This document shows positions 36,030 through 46,259 of a stretch of DNA of 46,259 nucleotides, in pieces. Within the stretch, counting starts at the first letter, position 1. Each line of letters begins with the position of its first letter. This DNA comes from Octopus bimaculoides (taxonomy: Eukaryota). The DNA is taken from positions 93,826,124 through 93,872,382 of the forward strand of contig NC_068987.1 in the NCBI RefSeq assembly GCF_001194135.2. The letters are read 5' to 3'. The notes beneath the pieces are model-generated. The model was not told where the DNA came from. It did no database searches and saw nothing but the letters and a program-made list of their open reading frames with translations. A program made the position numbers and the translations under genes.

Positions 36030-36776
36030 ATATTAAATATATACATACATACATATGTATATATATATATATATATNNNNNNNNNNNNNNNNNNNNNNNN
36101 NNNNNNNNNNNNNNNNNNNNNNNNNNNNNNNNNNNNNNNNNNNNNNNNNNNNNNNNNNNNNNNNNNNNNNNNNNNNNNNNNNNNNNNNNNNNNNNNNNNN
36201 NNNNNNNNNNNNNNNNNNNNNNNNNNNNNNNNNNNNNNNNNNNNNNNNNNNNNNNNNNNNNNNNNNNNNNNNNNNNNNNNNNNNNNNNNNNNNNNNNNNN
36301 NNNNNNNNNNNNNNNNNNNNNNNNNNNNNNNNNNNNNNNNNNNNNNNNNNNNNNNNNNNNNNNNNNNNNNNNNNNNNNNNNNNNNNNNNNNNNNNNNNNN
36401 NNNNNNNNNNNNNNNNNNNNNNNNNNNNNNNNNNNNNNNNNNNNNNNNNNNNNNNNNNNNNNNNNNNNNNNNNNNNNNNNNNNNNNNNNNNNNNNNNNNN
36501 NNNNNNNNNNNNNNNNNNNNNNNNNNNNNNNNNNNNNNNNNNNNNNNNNNAAAAAGTGAAAACAAGCAATGTTAAATCTCTGAACGAGGTGTTAACAGTA
36601 ACTGCACGATAAAGTGAAGTATATTTGCCATTTAAATGTGGCTGACCCTTAAGGGTGGATGTTACTGTTGCTTTTAGCCTCAGGAGAACATCTCCTCCAG
36701 CTGGCTTATCGACACATATCTGTGTCCTGTCTATTTTTGCCAAGGGAAGTTATCCCTCCCATCTTGATCTGCGATA

Positions 36777-36838
36777 CGTACGGAAACGAGTTTCAGGGTT
36801 ATCGTACGCTGAAGAAGGGAAATAACCCTGAAACTCGT
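36777..36838 (+). ncRNA. Hammerhead-like core (second family) embedded in a 17-bp perfect inverted repeat
   Basis: CGUACG-CUGAAGA (36809-36815)-AGGG(aaauaa)CCCU-GAAAC (36830-36834)-UCGU. IR arms are 36786-36802 and 36822-36838. No valid NUH plus helix I follows on this strand. Confidence 0.4.
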
Positions 36839-36840
36839 GG

Positions 36841-36864
36841 TAGTAGTAGTAGTAGTAGTAGTAA

Positions 36865-36927
<63 letters not shown>
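36841..36927. repeat. (TAG)n microsatellite
   Basis: Direct reading. Confidence 0.96.
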
Positions 36928-36934
<7 letters not shown>

Positions 36935-37588
36935 AGAAGTAGCCACAACAGCAGTACTAGCATTAGTAGTAGATCTGTCCGTCTACAAGAAGACGGATTG
37001 TGGCTATTATAGAACTTAATCATCTAAGAATTCTTCATGAAGTGAATCGAAAATTCCTTCCGCACGTTCATATCTAGAATTACTTTAAACGGATATTCCT
37101 TCACCATTTGTCTTTTTAAAAATTCTGTTTTTCCTTTATTCGTTCGTCTCACAATTCCTCGCATTCTTTCATTCTCTTTCCTTAACCCATTTCCATGCTT
37201 CCATATTTCCTAGATTTATGCTAATGTCTCCCTTCTTGATATATCGTCCATTTTTATGTCACTATTTAGAAAATATTTTTCAACTCCTTATTTATGGTTT
37301 ATTTCTTATGTTTGTTTAATATTTTTTTTGTTTTGTTTTACCATTTTATAAACTTCTTCATTCTGTCTCCTCATAGATTTAATATTTTCCATTTATCTCA
37401 TTTTCCTGTCTTTTTAATTTCACCAAACTCAAATTTTTTTCTGTTTTGAAATTTTCATGTTGTTTACATTTAGTTTTCTCTTCCTTTTGCTTTTTATATT
37501 TTAATTATACCAATTTCCACACTTTTTCTTCTCTCACCCCACATTTCTCATTCTCTGTCTGTCTGTGTCTCTCTGTCTCTGTCTATGT

Positions 37589-37656
<68 letters not shown>

Positions 37657-39048
37657 TCACCTCACCCTTTCTCCCGCAGTCGTTTATTTGTCTTCTTGCA
37701 TATTTGTATTCTTTTGTAATCCTTCATTTTCCACAAAAATATCGTGGGATATTCTTCATCACTTCCCACATCCTCCCATTAATTTATATTTTTAATGCAT
37801 TTATTAGAATCTGTTTTACCTAATTAATTGTAATGTTTTATTTGTTATTTCCTGTTTTACATTGTTTTAAGAAGCGTTTATGATTTTTGGAAGATAGTAG
37901 TTTAAGTCGACCAACATTAGCTGTCAACTCAATCGGATCCTTAGTGAAGAGAACACGGTAAGCAATGTCTAAAACCGCCAAAGAGACTGAGGTGGCGCTC
38001 CTGAATCATACAAGTAACAAGAAGTATCCCAGTTTCTCAGGAGAGTCACATGTGACACATTCAATTATTATCATTGATATTTTCAATACTGCTTTATTTA
38101 TTGTGAAGTGAATTATGATGATTTCCTTGTCTACAGAATGATTTAATGTCTCAAAGAACCCTCTATGAAATCATTTGATTTGTGGCTAAACATCAACCAA
38201 GTAAATTCAGAAGCTTTTTACTCACCGGAAGCTCCATTCGATTTCGAACCTCGAATACTGCATCTCATCTCACAGCCATTTTCTGTGTGTCACCTAGAAA
38301 AAATATTCAGTCATTTTTTAATCCGTCCCGTTTATCTATGCTCAAAAAACCATTTTTTCACTCGTTCGTTACTTTATAATCATTAATAAATTAATGTAAT
38401 TAGTTGCACTAATGTAGCCTGACCTACTCAAAGATTAGGGTTACTTTCCTCGGTCTCTCGAACTGCGAAAATAGCAGACGTTTCTCCCTAAATTAAATCC
38501 TGACATTTTAAGTAACAAGAATAAAGTATAAAATGTACTGCTTACTATACGAAAAGTTGGAATGGTCACAAATGAACAATGTACCTACCCGTGCAAAGTC
38601 GATCTAGGAACATATTTGACGAAAAACGATTTACATAAGTTTTTGTTAATTTCATAAGATTGAAAGTCTTGAGAAAACTTTGTGGAAGCCTCTCACAATT
38701 TCTGTGATCACCGATATTTTTCAAATGTTCTTCTAATTTAACTCTCAGTTCTGGCTTCTTACAAAGTTATTGTTTGATTTTCTTAAGGTCGGTGCGTTCC
38801 CTCCTGATCGTGTACTGCATACATCTATCCTTACACTAATTTCGCTTGATATCAAGATTCTCAGTGCATCTGGGTATGAATTCGAAAGGAAGAATGCAGA
38901 ACCTTTGCCAAAAATTGGATTCCTGGCAGAATTTTTAATTTTGTAAATCAGTGAATTTATTTCAATAGAAATTCTATAAGTTTTCAACAACGATTTAGCA
39001 CCGACAGCTAGCAAAGCCAAGCTACTTCAGACTGATGAAGAGCAACTA

Positions 39049-39085
39049 CCTAACCCTAACCCTAACCCTAACCCTAACCCTAACC
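39049..39085. repeat. About 6 units of (CCCTAA)n, telomere-type repeat at an interstitial position
   Basis: CC-TAACCC x5-TAACC, the complement of (TTAGGG)n. Confidence 0.9.
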
Positions 39086-39096
39086 ATCACTTTATC

Positions 39097-39133
<37 letters not shown>

Positions 39134-39218
39134 NNNNNNNNNNNNNNNNNNNNNNNNNNNNNNNNNNNNNNNNNNNNNNNNNNNNNNNNNNNNNNNNNNN
39201 NNNNNNNNNNNNNNNNNN

Positions 39219-39275
<57 letters not shown>

Positions 39276-39278
39276 ATA

Positions 39279-40189
39279 CAGGTGGGATGGATAAATTATG
39301 GCCATGTTATATTTTTAATTTCGCAGATGCGCATTGGCTGTCTTTGGTTTTTGACGACTGCACAGTATAGTAGGATCAGTAGCGCCAGTTGAACAACATG
39401 CCGCAAGTCACTCTGCCAAATATTTGGAAACAACATGCTCTTCTGCTTGGCATTTACGCCGGAAGCTCCAATATGGATATTTCAGAATTTTCGATGTTGA
39501 ATCTGAGACAGTGCAATCTCAGGACATGTATCGAGAGAGATAAAAAAAATCAAGCATCCCGTCAACATGATGATGTTTGGAGTGATCACTAGTGATAGTG
39601 ACGTTATGCCGCCATTCACCTGCCTACACGACCTCAGAATAAACACGGAGGCCTACATCAAGTGCCTGGAGGAGATAGTGCTGTCCTTGGTCAAAAAGGA
39701 TGTTTGCTGGAAGACCCTATGTCTCGCAGCAGGAATTTGCACCAAGCCACACAATCATTAGAATTCAATCATGGCTACCAGACAATTTCTTCGACCACAT
39801 CACCCCAAACATCTGGTCACGTAACTCCTCAGACTGCAACATATTTGATTATTATGTGTGGGGCGTAGTTGAGCGAGAGACCAACAAAACTCCTTGTAAC
39901 ACCAAAGATGAACTGAAGGCAAGGATTATGGCAGCATTTACCAACTTAAACAATGAGACCGTCCTGAAGAGTTGCAAGAGATTCAGCATTCTAGCAAGAG
40001 ATTCAGCATTCTTGCAAGAGATTCTAGCGGCTATGGTTGAAGCCAAATGGCGATTTTATTGAATAAATTTATTCTTTAGCATTTCAGGATATTTTTATGT
40101 AATTTTGGTAAATAGATGTGTTAAAATTAGATGTCAGTGTTATATTCATTATTGTGTAATTTAGAGGACAATTTACTCATAGCCCCCTG
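39279..40189 (+). mobile_element. 911-bp internally deleted DD37D (maT-like) Tc1/mariner transposon with imperfect TIRs and TA flanks
   Basis: TA|CAGGTGGGATGGATAAATTATG at the left end and ACAATTTACTCATAGCCCCCTG|TA at the right. Transposase remnants: KHPVNMMMFGVITSDSDVMPPF, QQEFAPSH, WSRNSSDCNIFDYYVWGVVERETNK, ...NGDFIE*. There are 37 residues between the (D>E) of QQEFAPSH and the D of FDYY. Confidence 0.9.
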
Positions 40190-41290
40190 TATATATATAT
40201 GTGCATGTTTGTGTGTGTATATATATATNNNNNNNNNNNNNNNNNNNNNNNNNNNNNNNNNNNNNNNNNNNNNNNNNNNNNNNNNNNNNNNNNNNNNNNN
40301 NNNNNNNNNNNNNNNNNNNNNNNNNNNNNNNNNNNNNNNNNNNNNNNNNNNNNNNNNNNNNNNNNNNNNNNNNNNNNNNNNNNNNNNNNNNNNNNNNNNN
40401 NNNNNNNNNNNNNNNNNNNNNNNNNNNNNNNNNNNNNNNNNNNNNNNNNNNNNNNNNNNNNNNNNNNNNNNNNNNNNNNNNNNNNNNNNNNNNNNNNNNN
40501 NNNNNNNNNNNNNNNNNNNNNNNNNNNNNNNNNNNNNNNNNNNNNNNNNNNNNNNNNNNNNNNNNNNNNNNNNNNNNNNNNNNNNNNNNNNNNNNNNNNN
40601 NNNNNNNNNNNNNNNNNNNNNNNNNNNNNNNNNNNNNNNNNNNNNNNNNNNNNNNNNNNNNNNNNNNNNNNNNNNNNNNNNNNNNNNNNNNNNNNNNNNN
40701 NNNNNNNNNNNNNNNNNNNNNNNNNNNNNNNNNNNNNNNNNNNNNNNNNNNNNNNNNNNNNNNNNNNNNNNNNNNNNNNNNNNNNNNNNNNNNNNNNNNN
40801 NNNNNNNNNNNNNNNNNNNNNNNNNNNNNNNNNNNNNNNNNNNNNNNNNNNNNNNNNNNNNNNNNNNNNNNNNNNNNNNNNNNNNNNNNNNNNNNNNNNN
40901 NNNNNNNNNNNNNNNNNNNNNNNNNNNNNNNNNNNNNNNNNNNNNNNNNNNNNNNNNNNNNNNNNNNNNNNNNNNNNNNNNNNNNNNNNNNNNNNNNNNN
41001 NNNNNNNNNNNNNNNNNNNNNNNNNNATATATATATATATATACATAGATAAAAGTGTATGTATATATATACATATATAAACGTGTATGTACGTGTCTGT
41101 GTATTTGAGTGTGTGCAACTATACAAATAAATATACAAACAGGCATACATATTAACTTATTAATATATTCATGCTTATGTATATGACACGAACGAAACGC
41201 TCGGCGCTTGAGTCACTTTGTTACTTCTACCAAATAACAATAATAATAATATTTGCATACATAAATACATACAAGAAAACATAGATTTAT

Positions 41291-41346
<56 letters not shown>

Positions 41347-42015
41347 GCGTAAGAGCAGGCATGTGTATACATATCCAAAAATACACACACACATCTCTAC
41401 AATATGCACATACATCAGTTGTATTGGCCAACAACTGATGATCCAACCAGTTTCTCTAACAGTAACCTCACACCCCTACCAAGCACCCCTAACATCTCGC
41501 AGTACTTAAGGGTAACAGTCTCACCAATTACTGGTCATTGTTTTCTAAGAAGCCAAGAGAGTCCTATGAAAGCAATATTGGAGCGTAGCCTGAGGTCAGG
41601 GGAAAAGGTCGGCCATTGTATGGAATGTTCATACGACGCTGGTGTGAAGGCTTTTTTTTTCCTCTCTATCTTCAGGCTGAACTCAGATTGAAAAGAGGTT
41701 TAGTGACATAGGAAGTGGTGGAGAGCATGCCTGAAAGCATTTCTAGCTAAAATGTTAATTTACAGTAACGGTCATAATAATATCTTACAACTACCACAAC
41801 TGCAGCAGTTGCAAGCAACAGCAACGAAGCAACGACAACAGCAGCAACATTTCAAAAGAAAAAGAAAAAGAGGCCAGCAAAAGTCACAAACAAGGCCAGC
41901 AATCCACATCTTTCCTACAATCGTTTCGTCTTTCTTCAATAGGCAGAGGAGCGTGTCTGTCTGTCTGTATGTCTGTCTATCTATTCATCTATCTATCTAT
42001 CTATGTGTCTATCTG

Positions 42016-42048
<33 letters not shown>

Positions 42049-42075
42049 ATCTATCTATCTATGTATATATATATT

Positions 42076-42118
<43 letters not shown>

Positions 42119-42409
42119 ATATATATATATAATAGTAATAATAATAATATTAGGGACAAAATCCCAAAATACAGGTAAAAACTTTTCCCTANNNNNNNNN
42201 NNNNNNNNNNNNNNNNNNNNNNNNNNNNNNNNNNNNNNNNNNNNNNNNNNNNNNNNNNNNNNNNNNNNNNNNNNNNNNNNNNNNNNNNNNNNNNNNNNNN
42301 NNNNNNNNNNNNNNNNNNNNNNNNNNNNNNNNNNNNNNNNNNNNNNNNNNNNNNNNNNNNNNNNNNNNNNNNNNNNNNNNNNNNNNNNNNNNNNNNNNNN
42401 NNNNNTAAA

Positions 42410-42442
<33 letters not shown>

Positions 42443-42603
42443 TCATATGTATGAATGTATATATGTATGTATGTATTTCGGGATGGTCATTTTTTTAAAA
42501 ATATTTTTGCCTAATGAACACACGCACTATCTATTCGAATATAATATCTGTTTCTACATACGGTTTCAAATCAGAAATCTTGCAACGTACACACACACAC
42601 ACG

Positions 42604-42645
<42 letters not shown>

Positions 42646-42877
42646 CACACACGCACACACACACACACATATATATGTGTGTGTGTGTGTGTGTAAAATA
42701 AGTGTGTGTAATTATGAATAAATCACAATTATAACGAAGAGGGTTGCAAAAATAGAAATAGCAGTCAAAACCACTATAAAGCTAATATAAATAATTATAT
42801 TCTATCTCTTCACAATGAAGCTATCTACGGGTGACATGACATAGAATTCATAAATAATTATAAATTTTTTTTTATAT

Positions 42878-43391
42878 ATCTTTGCTTTGTGAGTTCAATA
42901 AAGGTAACAACGCAACGTAAAGTGCGACTAATGCAGTATATGAGGATCGGACAATAAGCGTAAGCCAGTGTCAACGGTAGTTCTGAAATTCCGAGCCGGA
43001 AGCTACAGACTAGAAGACGAGCCTCGTTCTAGAAGATATGTAGAGCTCGAGGAGGACGTCCTGCAAATCCTGGTGGAACGAAATCCCATCGTAACTGTTG
43101 AGGCACTAGCAGAGAAGCTTGGATTTAGTCATTCAACGATTCATCGACACCTGCCTGCCATCGGAAAAGTCAGAAAATTAGGTCAATGGGTTCCTCACAA
43201 GCTTCCCGAGTCTGTTCGCACTAGAAATGGGGTCTCTATAAAAAATGTCAAACACCGCCCCAACACCAGGCTAAAGAAGGTCTTTACGCACATAAAGTGT
43301 TGTTATCTGCTTGGTGTGTTATAAAAGGTTTAGTTCACTTTGAACTTTTAAACCCAAACTAAACGGTAAGAAAGATCTGCTGCGAGCAGTT
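42878..43391 (+). mobile_element. Decayed mariner transposase fragment, internally deleted, running into a gap
   Basis: EFNKGNNAT, KFRAGSYRLEDEPRS, TVEALAEKLGFSHSTIHRHL, GKVRKLGQWVPHKL (WVPHKL at 43187-43204), then in another frame HKVLLSAWCVIKGLVHFELLNPN. These are mariner HTH, WVPHEL-type and catalytic-domain motifs. Confidence 0.88.
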
Positions 43392-44909
43392 NNNNNNNNN
43401 NNNNNNNNNNNNNNNNNNNNNNNNNNNNNNNNNNNNNNNNNNNNNNNNNNNNNNNNNNNNNNNNNNNNNNNNNNNNNNNNNNNNNNNNNNNNNNNNNNNN
43501 NNNNNNNNNNNNNNNNNNNNNNNNNNNNNNNNNNNNNNNNNNNNNNNNNNNNNNNNNNNNNNNNNNNNNNNNNNNNNNNNNNNNNNNNNNNNNNNNNNNN
43601 NNNNNNNNNNNNNNNNNNNNNNNNNNNNNNNNNNNNNNNNNNNNNNNNNNNNNNNNNNNNNNNNNNNNNNNNNNNNNNNNNNNNNNNNNNNNNNNNNNNN
43701 NNNNNNNNNNNNNNNNNNNNNNNNNNNNNNNNNNNNNNNNNNNNNNNNNNNNNNNNNNNNNNNNNNNNNNNNNNNNNNNNNNNNNNNNNNNNNNNNNNNN
43801 NNNNNNNNNNNNNNNNNNNNNNNNNNNNNNNNNNNNNNNNNNNNNNNNNNNNNNNNNNNNNNNNNNNNNNNNNNNNNNNNNNNNNNNNNNNNNNNNNNNN
43901 NNNNNNNNNNNNNNNNNNNNNNNNNNNNNNNNNNNNNNNNNNNNNNNNNNNNNNNNNNNNNNNNNNNNNNNNNNNNNNNNNNNNNNNNNNNNNNNNNNNN
44001 NNNNNNNNNNNNNNNNNNNNNNNNNNNNNNNNNNNNNNNNNNNNNNNNNNNNNNNNNNNNNNNNNNNNNNNNNNNNNNNNNNNNNNNNNNNNNNNNNNNN
44101 NNNNNNNNNNNNNNNNNNNNNNNNNNNNNNNNNNNNNNNNNNNNNNNNNNNNNNNNNNNNNNNNNNNNNNNNNNNNNNNNNNNNNNNNNNNNNNNNNNNN
44201 NNNNNNNNNNNNNNNNNNNNNNNNCGTGTAAGTACTCAATATGTTATTAATGCGGTGAGATTAAAAACTCTTCACATCTCTAGAAAGAGAGATTCCTGGA
44301 TTAGTTTATGAAGTCAACAACTTGTAAACAGCTCTCACATCGCCTCCCCGCATCAGTCTCAGCATTCCACCAGCTGCGACCTTGTTTGCTGCTTCGAAAA
44401 CTTTTCGAATGCCTCCTGTTTTCAGTGCAGCATCATGTCTACCAAGACGGAGCTTTCTTAACTTGCCGGATCGGAGAAGATAGCAACATTTTCATCAAAG
44501 TGCTATGGCTGCAAGCTATGCTTAATTAAGAAACCATTATTATTTTATGTTATTACTGTCTGCTCAATCAGTTAGGGTAATAAATAAATAAATAACTATA
44601 TAAATACATGAAATTTAATTAACTTTTCCCCTCACACAGCCGTTAGCAAGCTCGCTCTATTATTAAGTCCCTTCTACAATACGGCATTGCGCTTCCCATT
44701 GTTGTAGAAGTTGTTGATAAACGTGGTCGGTCGAAGAAGTGTTGTTTGTGGTTAGGGTAGAGGTGGCTTGGGTGCCGGGGTGAGTTCGGGTGGCGATGGA
44801 TATTGCTGCCACTGAGGCAGTTTTGGGAAGTCATAAATTAATAATTTACAAGGAAGGAAGGAAAGAAGGAAAGAAGCAAGGAAGGACCGATGACAATGCT
44901 TACCTTAAA

Positions 44910-45130
44910 TGTTGTTTTCAAATTTTGGCACAAGGCCAGCAAGTTCGGGGAAGAGGGCAAGTCGAGTAGATCGGCCCCTAGTGTGCCCAGCTGATATTTA
45001 TTATATCGACTTCGAAGCGGATGAAAGGCAAAATTGACCTCTTCGGAATTTGAACTCAGAACATAAAGACGGACGACATGCTGTTCAGCATTTTGTCTGG
45101 CATGCTAGCTATTTTGCCTGCTCGCCGCTT
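44910..45130 (-). mobile_element. SINE family 1 copy (diverged, full length)
   Basis: GGATGAAAGGCAAAATTGACCTCTTCGGAATTTGAACTCAGAACATAAAGACGGACG...GCCTGCTCGCCGCTT. Confidence 0.85.
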
Positions 45131-45204
45131 CTTCTTAACGTTAAATATGGAAGTCGTTTATGTGGAGTTCAGTGAATTGGCCTCTCTCTCTCTATGTGCA
45201 GACC

Positions 45205-45662
45205 TTTTGTCTTCTGCCTGTTTCAGTGAGGAGACTGCGGCCATGCCGGAGCACCGACTTGAAATGTTTTTTTAGTTGGACGAACAGAGCTCAGGAATCA
45301 TTTTCTAAGCATGGTACTTATTTTGTCGGTATTTGTTACCGAAACACTAAGTTACGGGCACATAAACAAATCAACACCGGTTGTGAAGTGGTGTGGAGGA
45401 CAAATACAGACACAAAGACACCCACACACACACACATATATATGTATAAATATATATGTGTGTGTGTGTATGCATACATACACACACACACACATATATA
45501 TACATACACACGGTGGCCTTCTTTCGATATCGGTAACCAAGTCCACTCACGTGGCTTTGGTTGACCTGAGGCTGCAGTAGAAGACAATTGCCCAAGTTTC
45601 CGCGCAGTGGGACTAAATCGAGAATTATGTGGTTGAGAAGCAAACTTCTTACCACAAAGCCC
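45205..45662 (-). mobile_element. SINE family 2 copy with an internal (CA)/(TA)/(TG) microsatellite
   Basis: GACTGCGGCCATGCCGGAGCACCG...TGGTACTTATT...CTAAGTTACGGG, microsatellite, TCCACTCACGTGGCTTTGG...AGTAGAAGAC.ATTGCCCAAG...CAGTGGGACT. Confidence 0.85.
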
Positions 45663-46133
45663 CCCCCCCCCCCCCACCTGAGCCTATAATGTATGTATGT
45701 GCGTTATGTGTACATAATAATGTATATATATATATGCGTATGAACTTGTGTGTATGCCTGTACGTTTCCGAATGTGTACAACGCGTATCTATTTGCTGCA
45801 GTAAATGATGACATCATCCCAACTTGAATTGAATTAAATTGAGTCTTCGAAGTTCGAGTGGAAATCTGTTGGCTTTTTTCCTTTCAAATTTTGAAATAAA
45901 CAAATAAGATTCGATGTTTGACCCGGTGATGCTTCACTGCAAAAGGATCATCCGAAGCAGCATTTCAAGGACGTTGTTGTCAAATATATAACAGCCACGA
46001 ATTCAAGATTATTTGTTTGGCAACATGACACGAACGTAATTAAGATTACTTTCTACTTTAGGCTTGAAATTATTAACTCATAATACATTTCTATATACAC
46101 TCTACTATTGTTTGTATTATTATTATTATTATT

Positions 46134-46259
46134 GTTCAGTAGTTTTATTTTTATAACGTGCTTTCACTTCACTACCGAGCGCAGCTCTGTGCGCCTTGGG
46201 TATGTGCTGTGGTTTGCTGTGGTGCTCTTATGTTTACTGTATTGAAAGTGTTTTGCGTA
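46134..46259 (-). mobile_element. 3' end of a second R4/Dong-type LINE copy (runs off the window end)
   Basis: 125 of 126 bp identical to 8413-8538, with an (ATT)n flank at about 46116-46133. Confidence 0.9.

Larger units (their letters stand above)
485..44224. other. About 17 assembly gaps (N-runs) scattered over this span, e.g. 485-928, 5215-5852, 13789-14277, 29823-30781, 34461-34977, 40229-41027, 43392-44224
   Basis: N characters. Most gaps are bordered by microsatellites, as expected in a short-read draft assembly. Confidence 0.98.

Noticed and set aside
38737-39020. Overlapping open frames on both strands, with a possible splice acceptor near 38787
   Set aside because: No recognisable domain, no clear donor site, and a length within chance expectation.
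39030-39048. CTGATGAAGAG just upstream of the telomere-type repeat (possible hammerhead or telomeric PLE end)
   Set aside because: No GAAA or helix II downstream, and a 7-mer match is expected by chance.
41480-41640. YLRVTVSP, resembling the LINE RT YLGV motif
   Set aside because: A single weak motif with no supporting neighbours.
432-44239. Long ORFs in the supplied track (e.g. 29541-30878, 40127-41146, 5042-5992)
   Set aside because: They are open only because they cross N-runs or translate microsatellites (poly-VC, poly-YI, poly-T). They give no evidence of coding.
44225-44530. Possible continuation of the mariner element after the gap
   Set aside because: No mariner motifs (such as YSPDLAP) in any frame I translated; origin unresolved.

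Overview
AT-rich eukaryotic DNA from a gapped draft assembly (about 17 N-runs, mostly bordered by microsatellites). I find no convincing host protein-coding gene; the long ORFs in the track are artefacts of N-runs and simple repeats. The repeat families look like those I recall from octopus/cephalopod genomes (inference from memory, not a search). Contents: dense microsatellites, several tRNA-headed SINE families, two near-identical 3' ends of an R4/Dong-type LINE, two DD37D (maT-like) Tc1/mariner remnants (one with TIRs and TA flanks), a mariner fragment, a decayed Helitron helicase region and a decayed CR1/L2/Jockey-type RT. The most interesting locus is 25.74-26.71 kb. It holds a tRNA-headed SINE-like element carrying a minimal Penelope-type hammerhead ribozyme (palindromic AACGUU helix III). 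Two copies sit head-to-head and the whole cassette is bracketed by one exact 16-bp direct repeat. A truncated third copy lies at 28.3 kb, and an unrelated hammerhead-like fold-back lies at 36.8 kb. Boundaries of old repeats are approximate and nothing was checked computationally.
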